A stretch of DNA of 64,000 nt from the NCBI GenBank assembly GCA_902521315.1, contig CABYRH010000002.1, positions 20,076 to 84,075 of the forward strand. The letters are read 5' to 3'. The number at the start of each line of letters is the position of its first letter. The stretch's first letter is position 1. This DNA comes from an uncultured Alphaproteobacteria bacterium (GTDB taxonomy: Bacteria > Pseudomonadota > Alphaproteobacteria > HIMB59 > GCA-002718135). The position numbers were made by a program, and so were the translations under genes. Below, piece after piece: positions 7,908 to 19,692 of this stretch. The notes beneath the pieces were generated by a model that was given only the letters and a program-made list of their open reading frames with translations, searched no databases and had not been told where the DNA came from.

Positions 7908-10343
7908 ATGAAATCAAAGTCAAAAGTAGTTGTCATCGGTGGAGGTGCTGTAGGCGTTAGCACTCTTTATCATTTAGCCAAAAAGGGTTGGTCAGATGTA
8001 GTCCTGGTTGAAAGAAAAGAATTAACTTCAGGATCAACATGGCATGCAGCAGGTTTACTTCCATTATTCAATATGAGTTATTCAGTAGGTCAATTGCATA
8101 AATACGCAGTTAAACTTTACAAAACTCTTGAAGAAGAAACAGGACAAAAAGTTGGTTTTAGTGTGGTTTCAAATATCCGTTTAGCAACTACTCAAGATAG
8201 AATGGATGAGTATTATCAATATTCAGGAGTTGCAAAAACAATAGGTGTAGATGTTAAATTTTTAACACCTGAACAAGTAAAAGAAATTTGGCCCCTTTGT
8301 AATACAGATGGATTGATAGGTGCAATTCAACATCCTGAAGATGGATACATTCAACCAGCCGATCTAACTCAAGCTCTAGCAAAAGGAGCAAGAGATAAAG
8401 GTGCAGAAATTTATAGAAATACTTCTGTAACTGGTATTAAAAAAAATAAAGATGATTTATGGATTGTAGAAACTGATAAAGGTTCTATTGAATGTGAGCA
8501 TGTAGTGTCATGTAGTGGTAATTTTGCAAGACAAACTGGAAAGATGGTCGGACTTGATATTCCAGTTATACCTGTTGAACACCAATACATAGTGACTGAC
8601 GATCATCCTGAAATTTTAAAAAGAAAAGAACAAGGACTTCCTGAAATGGGAGTCTTACGAGATTCTGATAGTTCTTGGTATATGCGTGAAGAAAGAGGAG
8701 GATTGATATTAGGGCCTTATGAAAAAGGAGCTCCAGTTTGTTATGTAGATGGACCTGACAAAGAATCTGAATTTGAATTATTTCAAGAAGACCTGGAGCG
8801 TTTAGAGCCTCACATTGAATCAGCAATGCACCGTGTTCCTATTTTTGGAGAAGTTGGAGTTAAGAAAGTTTACAATGGTGCTATTTGTTATACACCAGAC
8901 GGAAGTCCAATTGTTGGACCGGCATGGGGACTTAAAAATTTCTGGTTAAATGAAGGACATAGCTTTGGAATTACTGCAGCTGGTGGAGCAGGATGGCAAA
9001 TTGCCGAGTGGATAGTAGATGGTGAGCCTACAATTGATATGTTAGGTGTAGACCCTAGAAGATTTGGTGATTATGCAACAGAGGCATATTTGATTAAAAA
9101 GAATGAAGAAGCTTACGCGAATGTCTTTACAGTACACTATCCTGATGAAGAGAGAGAAGAGGGACGTCCATTAAGACAAGCTCCTTGTTATGATAGATTA
9201 AAAAATCTTGGTGCAGTTTTTGGTCAAAAATTTGGTTGGGAGCGTGCTAACTGGTTTGCACCTTCAAAAGAATTACAAAAAGATGATTGGTCATTTAGAA
9301 GATCAAAATGGTTTGAACATGTTGGCAACGAGTGCTTGAATGTCCAGAATAATGCTGGCCTTCTAGATATGACTGCCTTTGCTAAATGTCGGATTTCAGG
9401 ACCTGGTGCAGAAGAATTTCTAGACTACTTAGTTGCAAACAAAATCCCTAAAAAAATTGGAAGAGTTAATCTTTGTCATGCATTAAATACTGCTGGAGGA
9501 GTTCACTCAGAATTTACAATTGCGAAAGAAAAAGAAAATTCGTTTTATTTAGTTTCAGCAGGAGCATTTCAACGATTAGATCATGATTGGATTCATAAAT
9601 GGATGCCCAAAGATGGAACAGTAATTTATGAAAATCTAACTAACAGTATGGGTGTTCTTGTTTTAGCAGGACCTAAATCAAGAGATATTCTTTCCAAAAT
9701 TACAAAGACTAATTTATCTAATGAAAATTTCCCATGGTTATCATCAAAAAAAATCAATGTTGGTTTAGCCCCTAGTATTGCTATGCGAATGAATTTTGTT
9801 GGAGAACTCGGATGGGAATTACATCATCCAATTGAATATCAAAACCATATTTTTGATAAATTAATGGAAGCAGGAAAAGATCACGGGCTTAAACCATTTG
9901 GTATTAGAGCAATGGAAAGCTTACGTGTTGAAAAAACCTACAAATTGGTTGGTACCGAAATGTCTATAGAATATGCAGCTTTTGAGTCTGGATTAGAAAG
10001 ATTTGTTCATTTAAATAAAGGGAATTTTATTGGAAGAGATTCTCTTGTTAAATGGCAGCAAAATGGTTTTAAAAACAAAATGGTAACTTTAGAAGTTCAT
10101 GATGTTGAAGATGCAGATGCTTTGGGTAATAATCCTATTTATAATAATGGAAAAGTTATAGGTCGTGCGACAGGAGGTAACTATGGTTTTAGAGTGAAAA
10201 AATCATTAGCTATTGGTATGGTGGATCCTCAATTTGCAGATATTGGTCAAAAATTAGAAATGGATATATTAGATAAAAAATACAATGTAACAGTTATAGA
10301 GGATAGTCCTTATGATCCTAAAAATGAAAAACTAAAACAATAG
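7908..10343 (+). CDS. dimethylglycine dehydrogenase-like FAD oxidoreductase fused to a GcvT folate-binding domain
   Basis: 811 aa. N-terminal Rossmann motif [21 protein letters not shown] is the covalent-FAD histidine motif of DMGDH/SARDH. The C-terminal roughly 400 aa are aminomethyltransferase-like. It is followed directly by etfBA and ETF-QO, its expected electron acceptors. I cannot separate DMGDH from sarcosine dehydrogenase by eye. The nearby heterotetrameric Sox favours DMGDH. Confidence 0.75.
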   Translation: MKSKSKVVVIGGGAVGVSTLYHLAKKGWSDVVLVERKELTSGSTWHAAGLLPLFNMSYSVGQLHKYAVKLYKTLEEETGQKVGFSVVSNIRLATTQDRMDEYYQYSGVAKTIGVDVKFLTPEQVKEIWPLCNTDGLIGAIQHPEDGYIQPADLTQALAKGARDKGAEIYRNTSVTGIKKNKDDLWIVETDKGSIECEHVVSCSGNFARQTGKMVGLDIPVIPVEHQYIVTDDHPEILKRKEQGLPEMGVLRDSDSSWYMREERGGLILGPYEKGAPVCYVDGPDKESEFELFQEDLERLEPHIESAMHRVPIFGEVGVKKVYNGAICYTPDGSPIVGPAWGLKNFWLNEGHSFGITAAGGAGWQIAEWIVDGEPTIDMLGVDPRRFGDYATEAYLIKKNEEAYANVFTVHYPDEEREEGRPLRQAPCYDRLKNLGAVFGQKFGWERANWFAPSKELQKDDWSFRRSKWFEHVGNECLNVQNNAGLLDMTAFAKCRISGPGAEEFLDYLVANKIPKKIGRVNLCHALNTAGGVHSEFTIAKEKENSFYLVSAGAFQRLDHDWIHKWMPKDGTVIYENLTNSMGVLVLAGPKSRDILSKITKTNLSNENFPWLSSKKINVGLAPSIAMRMNFVGELGWELHHPIEYQNHIFDKLMEAGKDHGLKPFGIRAMESLRVEKTYKLVGTEMSIEYAAFESGLERFVHLNKGNFIGRDSLVKWQQNGFKNKMVTLEVHDVEDADALGNNPIYNNGKVIGRATGGNYGFRVKKSLAIGMVDPQFADIGQKLEMDILDKKYNVTVIEDSPYDPKNEKLKQ

Positions 10344-10344
10344 T

Positions 10345-11094
10345 ATGAAGTTACTTGTCACCGTAAAAAGAGTCATAGATTATAATGTTCAAATCAGGGT
10401 TAAAGCTGATGGTTCTGGAGTTGAAAAAGATAATGTAAAAATGTCCATGAATCCTCCTGATGAAAATGCGGTAGAGGAGGCTCTGAGAATAAAAGAAGCT
10501 GGTAAAGCAGATGAGATTATAATTCTTTCTGTAGGTAATGATAAGGCTCAAGAAACTATCAGAACTGCATTAGCAATGGGAGCTGATAGGGGTATACATG
10601 TTAAAACGGAGAATGATTTAGAACCTCTAGCTATTTCTAAAATAATTTCTAAAGTTGCTGAAGAAGAAAAACCATCAATTATTTTAATGGGAAAACAAGC
10701 AATTGATGATGATTCTAATCAAACCGGTCAAATGACATCTGCTTTACTTAATTGGCCTCAGGCTACATTTGCGTCTAAAATTGAAATTGACGGACAAAAT
10801 GCAATAGTTACTAGAGAGATTGATGAAGGTTTAGAAAGGATAAAAGTTTCTATACCATTTGTAGCATCATGTGATCTTCGACTTAATGAACCAAGGTATG
10901 CTTCTTTACCAAATATAATGAAAGCAAAGAAAAAACCAATTGATACAAAAGAAGCATCTTCACTTGGTATAAACATAGAATCTAGGATTGAGCAGATAAA
11001 AGTAGAAGAACCACCTGTTAGACAAAAAGGAATCATGGTAAGTGATGTTGCTGAATTGGTTCAAAAACTTAAACATGAGGCAAAAGTAATATGA
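10345..11094 (+). CDS. etfB: electron transfer flavoprotein beta subunit
   Basis: 249 aa. [19 protein letters not shown] start and [18 protein letters not shown] motif typical of EtfB. Starts 1 nt after the dehydrogenase gene. Confidence 0.92.
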   Translation: MKLLVTVKRVIDYNVQIRVKADGSGVEKDNVKMSMNPPDENAVEEALRIKEAGKADEIIILSVGNDKAQETIRTALAMGADRGIHVKTENDLEPLAISKIISKVAEEEKPSIILMGKQAIDDDSNQTGQMTSALLNWPQATFASKIEIDGQNAIVTREIDEGLERIKVSIPFVASCDLRLNEPRYASLPNIMKAKKKPIDTKEASSLGINIESRIEQIKVEEPPVRQKGIMVSDVAELVQKLKHEAKVI

Positions 11095-12044
11095 CAATAT
11101 TAGTATTAGCAGAACATAATAATATAGATATTAAGTCATCAACCTTAAATACTATATCTGCAGCATCGCAAATAGATCAAGATATTCATGTTTTAGTAAC
11201 AGGTTATGAATGTGAAGAGCTAGCTAAAAATATCTCTAAATGTGAAAAAGTTTCAAAAGTATATTTAGCCAACAATGAAAAACTTAAAAATCCAATTGCT
11301 GAAAATATTGAACCTATAGTTTTATCTTTAGCCAATAATTATTCGCACATTATGGCACCCGCAACAACATTTGGAAAAAATATTTTTCCTAGAATTGCTG
11401 TTAAATTAGATATTGCACAAGTTAGCGATGTTATAAAAATATTAAGTTCCGATACTTTTATGAGACCAATTTATGCTGGGAACGCTATCGCTACAGTTAA
11501 ATCAAATGATAAGATTAAAGTAGTAACGGTACGACCAACATCATTTGATCCTGTAGAAACTAGCGGTGGAAAAGAAGAGATTGAAAATATTTCTTTTGAT
11601 ACTGATAGTGGCAGTGTTGAATTTATAGATAGAGAAGAATCTCAATCTGAAAGACCAGAGTTGAGTACTGCTCGAGTTGTAATATCTGGTGGTAGAGGAT
11701 TACAAAGTGCCGAAAATTTTAAACTTTTGAATGAAATAGCAGATAAGCTTAATGCGGCAGTTGGTGCCTCTCGTGCTGCTGTAGACGCTGGTTATGTTTC
11801 TAACGATTATCAAGTTGGGCAAACTGGCAAAGTAGTTGTTCCAGATTTGTATATTGCTGTAGGTATTTCTGGTGCAATACAGCACTTAGCAGGGATGAAA
11901 GAAAGTAAGGTAATTGTAGCAATTAATAAAGATGAAGAAGCACCGATATTTAATGTTGCTGATTATGGATTAAATGCTGACCTATTTGAAGCATTGCCTC
12001 AATTATCTTCTGAACTAGATAAATTAAATACTATTCAACAATAA
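11091..12044 (+). CDS. etfA: electron transfer flavoprotein alpha subunit
   Basis: 317 aa. FAD-binding signature [19 protein letters not shown] and VVISGGRG. 4-nt overlap with etfB. Confidence 0.92.
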   Translation: MTILVLAEHNNIDIKSSTLNTISAASQIDQDIHVLVTGYECEELAKNISKCEKVSKVYLANNEKLKNPIAENIEPIVLSLANNYSHIMAPATTFGKNIFPRIAVKLDIAQVSDVIKILSSDTFMRPIYAGNAIATVKSNDKIKVVTVRPTSFDPVETSGGKEEIENISFDTDSGSVEFIDREESQSERPELSTARVVISGGRGLQSAENFKLLNEIADKLNAAVGASRAAVDAGYVSNDYQVGQTGKVVVPDLYIAVGISGAIQHLAGMKESKVIVAINKDEEAPIFNVADYGLNADLFEALPQLSSELDKLNTIQQ

Positions 12045-12067
12045 ATTAATTTATTACAATAAATAAA

Positions 12068-13696
12068 ATGGAAGTAAAACGCGAGTCAATGGACTATGAT
12101 GTTGTTGTAGTAGGTGCTGGTCCATCAGGCCTATCAACTGCAATCAAACTAAAACAACTTAACCCTGAAATTAATGTTTGTATATTAGAAAAGGGATCAG
12201 AGGTTGGGGCCCATATTTTAAGTGGTAATGTCTTTGAAACAAGAGCACTGGATGAACTAATACCAGATTGGAGAACTAAAGATTCGCCAATTAAAACTAA
12301 AGTAACAAAAGAAAAGTTTTTATTCTTATCTAAGAAAAGTTCAATCAATTGGCCTACATGGCTTCTTCCCAGTGTTCAAAAAAATCATAAAAATTACATC
12401 ATTAGCCTTGCAAATTTATGTAGATGGCTAGCAAATGAGGCTGAAAGTTTAGGTGTCGAAATTTTTCCAGGATTTGCAGCGTCTAAAATATTATATTCAG
12501 AGGATCATAGTGTAATTGGTGTTCAAACAGGTGATATGGGTATTGATAAAGATGGTAACAAAAAAGATAGTTTTGAACCAGGTATTAATATTAAAGCTAA
12601 AGTAACAGTATTTGCTGAGGGTTGTAGAGGTCATTTAGGTAAAGAATTAATTAAAAAATATAATTTATCAAAAGATAAGTCACCACAACAATACGGAATT
12701 GGATTTAAAGAAATATGGGAAGTAGACGACAGTCAGCATGAAGAAGGTCTTGTAATGCATACTGCGGGATGGCCATTAGATAATGCAACTTATGGTGGAA
12801 GTTTTTGTTATCATGCTGAAAATAAACAAATATTTTTAGGATATGTAATCGGTCTTGATTATAAAAATCCTTATTTATCTCCTTATGATGAATTTCAAAA
12901 ATTTAAAACTCACCCAGTAATCAAGAAAATTCTCACTAATGGAAAACGTATTGCTTATGGAGCAAGGGCACTTATTGAAGGTGGTATTCAAAGTTTACCT
13001 AAAATGTATATGCCAGGTGCATTACTAGTTGGATGTGATGCAGGTACTTTAAATATGCCAAAGATTAAAGGATCACATACTGCTATGAAAAGTGGAATTA
13101 TAGCTGCTGAAACAATTAATGATTATTTAAGTAAATCTTCACCTCTTTCAGCATATGAAAATAAATTTAAACGTTCATGGCTTTATAAAGAATTATTTGC
13201 AGCAAGGAATGTGAAACCTAGTTTTAATTGGGGGCTAATACCTGCAATAATATTTACAGGAATTGATCAAATAATATTTAGAGGCAGGCTTCCTTTTACA
13301 CTACAACACAAACATGCTGATCATGAAGCTTTACAATTAGCAAAAGATTCAAAAAAAATAGACTATCCAAAATATGATGGAATATTTACGTTTGATAAAA
13401 CCAGTTCTGTTTATTTGACTGGAACTAATCATGAAGCTGATCAGCCAGTGCATTTACAATTAAAGGATAAGGAACTACCAATAAAATTTACTATAAATGC
13501 CTATGATGAACCATCTCAAAGATATTGTCCTGCTGGTGTATATGAGATTGATAAGACAGATATTCAAAATCCTAAATTTGTAATTAATGCACAAAACTGT
13601 ATTCATTGTAAAACATGTGATATTAAAGAGCCATCACAAAACATAAATTGGGTTGTACCTGAAGGTAGTGGTGGACCAAATTATGCAAATATGTAA
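12068..13696 (+). CDS. electron transfer flavoprotein-ubiquinone oxidoreductase (ETF-QO)
   Basis: 542 aa. FAD motif YDVVVVGAGPSGLS. C-terminal 4Fe-4S region CPAGVYE...NAQNCIHCKTCDIKEP and the terminal GGPNY motif. Confidence 0.9.
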   Translation: MEVKRESMDYDVVVVGAGPSGLSTAIKLKQLNPEINVCILEKGSEVGAHILSGNVFETRALDELIPDWRTKDSPIKTKVTKEKFLFLSKKSSINWPTWLLPSVQKNHKNYIISLANLCRWLANEAESLGVEIFPGFAASKILYSEDHSVIGVQTGDMGIDKDGNKKDSFEPGINIKAKVTVFAEGCRGHLGKELIKKYNLSKDKSPQQYGIGFKEIWEVDDSQHEEGLVMHTAGWPLDNATYGGSFCYHAENKQIFLGYVIGLDYKNPYLSPYDEFQKFKTHPVIKKILTNGKRIAYGARALIEGGIQSLPKMYMPGALLVGCDAGTLNMPKIKGSHTAMKSGIIAAETINDYLSKSSPLSAYENKFKRSWLYKELFAARNVKPSFNWGLIPAIIFTGIDQIIFRGRLPFTLQHKHADHEALQLAKDSKKIDYPKYDGIFTFDKTSSVYLTGTNHEADQPVHLQLKDKELPIKFTINAYDEPSQRYCPAGVYEIDKTDIQNPKFVINAQNCIHCKTCDIKEPSQNINWVVPEGSGGPNYANM

Positions 13697-13742
13697 TATA
13701 TTTGTAAAATACTTATTTTAATTAAATTGACTCATTTTCATT

Positions 13743-14576
13743 ATGAATAAAAATAAAATTGTATTTACTTTTGCAACAGCGGAAGTAAATTTTATTGGTC
13801 AAATATTTATAAAGATTACTGAATTATTAACAGGAAAATTAAAATTAAAAAAATTATATGATGAATACTTATCTGAAAATAGACCACCTGAGCTTTTTTG
13901 GGATGATGCAGTAGATAAATTAAATCTTAATTTAATAACTAATTTTAAAGACGGTAGTTACATTCCAAAAAAAGGAAAATTAATTGTTATAGCAAATCAC
14001 GCTTTTGGAGTTGCGGATGGTGTATCCATATGTTCAGCAATTTCAAAAGTAAGACAAGATTATAAAATGGTTACGCATAAAGTCTTAAGGCAAGCAGAGG
14101 CAGTGAAAAATAAAATATTACCAATTGATTTTAATGAAAATAGAGAAGCCCTATTAACTAACATTAATACACGTAAAGAAGCTGAAAAAGTTTTACAGAA
14201 TGAAGGTGTTTTGGTGCTTTTCCCTTCTGGAACAATTGCAACAAAACAAAACTTAAAAAAGAATACAAAAGCTGACGATGGTGAGTGGAAACAATGGGTA
14301 TCAAAATTAGTTCTCAAAACTAAAAGCCCTGTGTTACCAATTTTTTTTGACGGTCAAAATAGTCAATTATATCATATTGCTAATAAAATAGGACAAACCT
14401 TTAGATATTCTTTGTGTATGTACGAACTTAAAAGAAAAATTGGTGATAATATTTATATGTATTTTGGATCTTTAATTTCATATGAAACTTTAAAAAATAT
14501 CGGAGATATCAAACAAATTACCGAATATCTTAGATTAACAACATACTCCTTAGATCCACAATTTAACAAAAATTAA
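13743..14576 (+). CDS. lysophospholipid acyltransferase (PlsC/LPLAT) family protein
   Basis: 277 aa. HX4D catalytic motif in ANHAFGVADG and a second acyltransferase block FPSGT. Substrate unknown. Confidence 0.6.
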   Translation: MNKNKIVFTFATAEVNFIGQIFIKITELLTGKLKLKKLYDEYLSENRPPELFWDDAVDKLNLNLITNFKDGSYIPKKGKLIVIANHAFGVADGVSICSAISKVRQDYKMVTHKVLRQAEAVKNKILPIDFNENREALLTNINTRKEAEKVLQNEGVLVLFPSGTIATKQNLKKNTKADDGEWKQWVSKLVLKTKSPVLPIFFDGQNSQLYHIANKIGQTFRYSLCMYELKRKIGDNIYMYFGSLISYETLKNIGDIKQITEYLRLTTYSLDPQFNKN

Positions 14577-14614
14577 ATATTTATTTTTTATAACTAGCCC
14601 CTTATAGAGTTCTT

Positions 14615-15307
14615 ATGGTAGGTTTTGTTGGGACACTTGCAAGAAAAAGAAGAAGAAACAGATATTTATTTATTATATTTATTCTAGCAATATTTGGTAT
14701 TTTTTTCTATTTACCCTCAATAGATTTTACAACAGAAGAAAAACAACCCTTGGATGAAATCATCCCAAGTAATGTTATTGATGAATCAAGCTTAAGAACT
14801 GAAATAGAAGAGTTAAAACTTGAAGTATTCCAAAAAGATCAAAGGTTAAAATTTAGAGATGATCAAATTAAAAATCTTCGCAAAGAAATAAATGATATAA
14901 ATAAATCGTTTAACACTGTTAAAAATGATTATGAACAATCCCTTAGCAACATCTCAGATTTAGAGAATAACTCTGAAGAAAATTATTCACAAAATATTGA
15001 ACAAATTGTTTCACTTGAAAATCAAATTACTGAATTAAGAAAACAATTATCAAAGTATGAAAATTTAGTTCTTAAATTAGAAACTGAATTAGCTAATTCT
15101 ATATCTTCTGAAAATATAGAAGAAGTAAATATTGAAAATTCAATATTAAAATCAGAAATTAAACAAATTAAAGAAAAAAATCTTAATTTTGAAAAAGAAT
15201 TAAATAAATTAAAAACAACAATCGAAAATAAAGATATGGAAATTGAAAAAAAAGATAAGGAACTAGAAGATTTAATTTATTTAAAAGATTTACAACATCA
15301 CGGTTGA
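14615..15307 (+). CDS. membrane-anchored coiled-coil protein, function unknown
   Basis: 230 aa. Basic N-terminus (RKRRRNR) followed by one TM helix, then about 170 aa of E/K/N/L-rich heptad-like sequence. No recognised family. Confidence 0.5.
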   Translation: MVGFVGTLARKRRRNRYLFIIFILAIFGIFFYLPSIDFTTEEKQPLDEIIPSNVIDESSLRTEIEELKLEVFQKDQRLKFRDDQIKNLRKEINDINKSFNTVKNDYEQSLSNISDLENNSEENYSQNIEQIVSLENQITELRKQLSKYENLVLKLETELANSISSENIEEVNIENSILKSEIKQIKEKNLNFEKELNKLKTTIENKDMEIEKKDKELEDLIYLKDLQHHG

Positions 15308-15790
15308 TTACTTATTTTTTTTTCTAAATAAATAAGGTTCTACAAAATCTCCAATCCATATTCCTCTTTTCTTCTGTTTTGCTTTTTCTTCTTCTTCAAC
15401 ATAATCTGTTGAATAATAGCGATAAGCTATCGCCCATCCATTCAGAACCATTTCACTATTTAAATCTAAATTATCTTTGTAGCAGATTCCAATAAATCTA
15501 TTATATCGATCCTTACCTTGTGTTATGCATTCGATCTTATTATTACCAATTAATTCCTTTAAGAACTTTGTTGATTCCACACCACAATTCCAGACTCTAC
15601 CATTTTTATTACATGTTTGATTTATTTCAGGAGCATCAATAGCATGCAGTCTTATTTTATTTTTATTAATATGTATAGTATCACCATCGATTACATTTGC
15701 ATTTCCAAATATAGTTTTACCAGATAATACTGTGCTAAGAGTAATTAAGATAAGAAATAAATTAAATGTTAAGATTTTTACTACCATCAA
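15308..15790 (-). CDS. secreted thermonuclease (staphylococcal nuclease, SNase-like) homologue
   Basis: 160 aa with a signal peptide. SNase motifs DGDTIHI...IRLHAIDAPE...Q.C...W.CG and GWAIAYRYYS...KRGIW. Its start overlaps the 3' end of soxG by 26-29 nt. Confidence 0.75.
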   Translation of the reverse strand: MMVVKILTFNLFLILITLSTVLSGKTIFGNANVIDGDTIHINKNKIRLHAIDAPEINQTCNKNGRVWNCGVESTKFLKELIGNNKIECITQGKDRYNRFIGICYKDNLDLNSEMVLNGWAIAYRYYSTDYVEEEEKAKQKKRGIWIGDFVEPYLFRKKNK

Positions 15791-16337
15791 CTAATAAATC
15801 ATAAACATATTTTGCATGTGATCTGTTTAAATGTAAATCTAGTGAAGTCTTTTCTTTGTCAGTATTATTTCTGATAAAAAGTATTGGAATTTTTATAAAT
15901 ACTGTTTGAGCTACAGAAAAATTAGTTTCCAAAATTTTTTCTAAGTTGGCTACAAGAAATTTAGAAAGTAAAATAAATACCTTTTCACCTTCAATCCGTA
16001 AAACAGTTTTATTAAATGAAATATCAGTTATTGCTGTTTTTTTTGGATTGAGTTTAGATTCTAATAGGGAAATAATTTCATCTTTCTCATTTTCTGGTGT
16101 TTCGACTAACCATTCATTAGGACCAAGCCACATAATACTTATATTATTATTAAAAATTCTTACATTTGGCTCAATTGGTAAAACCAGGTTTAATACTGAG
16201 CCTATATTTTTCATAAATTCTTTATCTGAACTTTTACCTCGTATGTTTATTTTACCTGTTAGAGCTCTTTCTTCTATTGTTACTCCATTATAATTTTTTT
16301 TATTTATATTCAAAACATTACTGTAAGTTAAACTCAT
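15762..16337 (-). CDS. soxG: sarcosine oxidase gamma subunit
   Basis: 191 aa in the last position of a soxB-D-A-G order. 4-nt ATGA overlap with soxA. Size and position fit SoxG, but the sequence itself is weakly diagnostic. Confidence 0.75.
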   Translation of the reverse strand: MSLTYSNVLNINKKNYNGVTIEERALTGKINIRGKSSDKEFMKNIGSVLNLVLPIEPNVRIFNNNISIMWLGPNEWLVETPENEKDEIISLLESKLNPKKTAITDISFNKTVLRIEGEKVFILLSKFLVANLEKILETNFSVAQTVFIKIPILFIRNNTDKEKTSLDLHLNRSHAKYVYDLLVDGSKNLNI

Positions 16338-19324
16338 TGATTAACCCTTTGATTCTCAGGATCAATAAATATTGGACTAGTTATTTCTACTTCAATATTT
16401 TCATTTTCCATTGGAGCAATTAAAACACTTCCTTTTTTTTCAAGACCACCTTTAATTAAAGCTAAAGCAAAAGAACTTTTTAAATTAGGTGAATAGTAAC
16501 TAGAAGTCACGTGACCAACCATTTTCATAGGTAGAGCAGTTATTTCTTCAACCAATTGAGATCCTTCTTCAAGAACTTTGTTTGGATCTTTAGTTTTTAA
16601 TCCTACCAATTGTTTTCTATCTTTTTTAATTGTATCACTTCTGTATAATGCCCTTTTACCAATAAAATCATATTTCTTCTTACTAACGATCCAGTCCATA
16701 TCCAGATCTATTGGTGTCACTGATCCATCTGTTTCTTGACCGACAATGATAAATCCTTTTTCAGCACGAAGTACATGCATCGCTTCAGTTCCATATGGAG
16801 TAATATTAAATTCTTTACCTTTATCTATACAAAGTTCCCAAAGATTTTTAGCATAGCCAGATGGAACATTTATTTCATAACACATTTCCCCAGTAAAACT
16901 TATACGCATGACTCTACATTTTATTCCGTTAATATTAATATTCTTAAAACTCATATGAGGAAAATTTTCTTTTGAAAAATCAAAATCTTGAACTAGTTTT
17001 TGCATTAATTTTTTTGAATTTGGGCCATTTAAGCTTATCGTTCCATAGTTTTCTGTTACTGATGTTAAATATACTTCTAATTCTGGCCATTCTGTTTGTA
17101 ACCAATCTTCTAATTTTGACATTACTGACGCTGCGTTTCCTGTAGTTGTTGACATAAGATAATGATACTCGTCTAATCTAGTTGTTACACCATCATCAAT
17201 GACCATCCCATCGTCGCCTAACATTACACCATATCGACATTTTCCAATTTCTAATTTTGACCATGAATTTGTGTAAACTCTATTTAAAAATTCACTTACA
17301 TCTCTACCCTTAATATCTATTTTACCAAGAGTTGATGCATCTAATATTCCTAGACTATCTCTAGTTGCTTTTACCTCTCTATTTAAAGCAGATTGAAAAC
17401 TTTCATTCTTTTGAGGATAATACCAGGCTCTTTTCCATTGGCCTACGTCCTCAAATAAAGCTTTATTATCAATATGCCATTGATGCATTGGGCTTGTTCT
17501 CTCTAAATCAAAAAATTCTTTAACATGACGTCCAGCAATTGCTCCAAATGTCACTGGCTTATAAGGTAAACGAAATGTTGTCGTACCTAATTCAGAGATT
17601 TCAGTATTTGTTAACTCTGATATTATTCCAAGTGCATTAACATTACTGGTCTTACCTTGATCAGTTGCCATTCCTGTAGTTGTATAACGTTTGACATGCT
17701 CAATTGATTGAAAACCCTCTTTTAAAGCTAATTTAATATCTTTTGCTGTTACATCGTTTTGGAAATCTACAAACATTTTTGTTCGTGAGATATTTTTCTT
17801 CGATGTAATCCAAACATTTTCGTGTTTGCCGTGTTTTAGATCATCTGATTTGTAGTTTACTTCGCTAAGTTCATTTTGCTGATTATCATTTAAATATTTA
17901 TATGTATCTTCTTGAGTTTTTAATAATATTTCATTTAAATTATAATTACCATTGCAACTTCCAACACACAATGTATCTTGATAAACTTCATTAGGAATAA
18001 AACTTCCATCTACATCTCTAAATTTAAGTTTTCCTTTTGATTGAGTAAATAAATGAACAGTAGGAGTCCAACCACCAGCAATTGCTAAAAGATCGCATTT
18101 AATATTAATAGAAGATTTTTCATTCTTGTTTTCAGTTTTTATTTTTCTTAATTTAACTTCTCTAATTTTTAATCTTCCAACAGTATCACTAATTTCATAA
18201 CCTCTTAGTATAGTAAAACCTAATTTATTTGCTTTTTTTGGGTAATATCCATCACTACTATCTCTTGTATCGACAATAGCCTCTACTTTTATACCTTGTT
18301 CAAAAAAATCTATTGCAGTTTCATAGGCACTATCATTGTTTGTAAAAAAAACTAAATTTTTTCCAGGTGCAACTCCATACTTATTTAAGTATTTTTTTGC
18401 ACTGTTAGAAAGCATAATTCCAGGCCTGTCATTATTGTTAAATATTATTGGTCGTTCAATTGCGCCAGTTGCTAAAATAACTTTCTTTGATCTAATTTTC
18501 CAAATTCTTTCTTTAATATCATTTTTTTTATTTAAACCTTTTTCTGGATCAATTTCTTGCACTGCTAGTAATAAATTATAATTCAAGTAAGCAAAACAAG
18601 TTGTGTTTTTAACTATTTTTACATTTGAATTTTTAGAAAGTTTATCAACTAATTTATTTTTCCATTCATTAATCGGTAAATTATCAATTTTAATGTCTTG
18701 ATTTTTTGTAGATAAAATTTCACCACCGAGATCCTCTTCTTGCTCAACTAGTAAAACTTTATAATTTTTATTCGCTGCAATTTCTGCTGAAATTAATCCA
18801 CTCACTCCTGCTCCAACAATTAGAACATCACAATGATAATGAAAATGTTCGTATTTGTGGGGATCATCTTTTTTTGGAGATTTACCAAGTCCTGCAGCGT
18901 GTCTTATAAAAAATTCATATGCTTTCCAAAACTTTGGCGGCCACATAAAGGTCTTGTAATAAAACCCTGCAGGAAAAAATGGGGATAGTAAATCATTTAT
19001 AGCGCCAGCATCAAATTTCACTGACGGCCAATTATTTTGACTATAAGCTTTTAACCCATCATATATCTGGACTTCAGTTACTCTTCTATTAGGTTCGGTA
19101 TATTCTTTGGTCTCAAGCTGAACTATTCCATTAGGTTCTTCACTACCTGCGGTATAAATACCCCGCGGTCTATGATATTTAAAACTTCTTCCAACTAAAT
19201 GAACATCATTTGCAAGAAGTGCAGAAGCTAGGGTGTCACCTTCAAATCCAAAATATTCTTTATTATCAAAATAGAACCTAACAGACTTATTATTTTCTAG
19301 ATTTTTATTATTTTTGTATCGCAT
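16334..19324 (-). CDS. soxA: sarcosine oxidase alpha subunit
   Basis: 996 aa. Has an N-terminal 2Fe-2S-like/SoxA region, the NAD(FAD) Rossmann motif DVLIVGAGVSGL, and a C-terminal GcvT-type folate-binding domain. Confidence 0.9.
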   Translation of the reverse strand: MRYKNNKNLENNKSVRFYFDNKEYFGFEGDTLASALLANDVHLVGRSFKYHRPRGIYTAGSEEPNGIVQLETKEYTEPNRRVTEVQIYDGLKAYSQNNWPSVKFDAGAINDLLSPFFPAGFYYKTFMWPPKFWKAYEFFIRHAAGLGKSPKKDDPHKYEHFHYHCDVLIVGAGVSGLISAEIAANKNYKVLLVEQEEDLGGEILSTKNQDIKIDNLPINEWKNKLVDKLSKNSNVKIVKNTTCFAYLNYNLLLAVQEIDPEKGLNKKNDIKERIWKIRSKKVILATGAIERPIIFNNNDRPGIMLSNSAKKYLNKYGVAPGKNLVFFTNNDSAYETAIDFFEQGIKVEAIVDTRDSSDGYYPKKANKLGFTILRGYEISDTVGRLKIREVKLRKIKTENKNEKSSINIKCDLLAIAGGWTPTVHLFTQSKGKLKFRDVDGSFIPNEVYQDTLCVGSCNGNYNLNEILLKTQEDTYKYLNDNQQNELSEVNYKSDDLKHGKHENVWITSKKNISRTKMFVDFQNDVTAKDIKLALKEGFQSIEHVKRYTTTGMATDQGKTSNVNALGIISELTNTEISELGTTTFRLPYKPVTFGAIAGRHVKEFFDLERTSPMHQWHIDNKALFEDVGQWKRAWYYPQKNESFQSALNREVKATRDSLGILDASTLGKIDIKGRDVSEFLNRVYTNSWSKLEIGKCRYGVMLGDDGMVIDDGVTTRLDEYHYLMSTTTGNAASVMSKLEDWLQTEWPELEVYLTSVTENYGTISLNGPNSKKLMQKLVQDFDFSKENFPHMSFKNININGIKCRVMRISFTGEMCYEINVPSGYAKNLWELCIDKGKEFNITPYGTEAMHVLRAEKGFIIVGQETDGSVTPIDLDMDWIVSKKKYDFIGKRALYRSDTIKKDRKQLVGLKTKDPNKVLEEGSQLVEEITALPMKMVGHVTSSYYSPNLKSSFALALIKGGLEKKGSVLIAPMENENIEVEITSPIFIDPENQRVNQ

Positions 19325-19332
19325 CTTTATTT

Positions 19333-19689
19333 TTAAAACCTATCTTTCTTCGATGTTGATAAATTCCCTGATCCAATACTTGGCTCACCTGAAGGAGTAG
19401 CTGGAATATTTGCTTTTAATATGGGAGGAGCTTCCCCCATTTTATATACTGCAAGAATTTCATCGGTTGCTGTATTTCTTGCTAAATTAAACCATTGTCT
19501 ACATCCATATTCATGGTTCCATCTTTCATAATGAATACCTTTTTCATTCTTTCGTAAGAATAAATATTCTGCCCATTGATCATCAGAGAGTTCAGGAGGA
19601 TTTTTTGGTCTTGCAATATGCGCTTCACCTCCACAAGAAAATTCAGCTTGATCTCTTTCTCCACAGTATGGGCAATTTATTAAAAACAT
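19333..19689 (-). CDS. soxD: sarcosine oxidase delta subunit
   Basis: 118 aa. N-terminal zinc motif CPYCGERDQAEFSCGGEAH typical of SoxD. Located between soxB and soxA. Confidence 0.88.
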   Translation of the reverse strand: MFLINCPYCGERDQAEFSCGGEAHIARPKNPPELSDDQWAEYLFLRKNEKGIHYERWNHEYGCRQWFNLARNTATDEILAVYKMGEAPPILKANIPATPSGEPSIGSGNLSTSKKDRF

Positions 19690-19692
19690 GAT

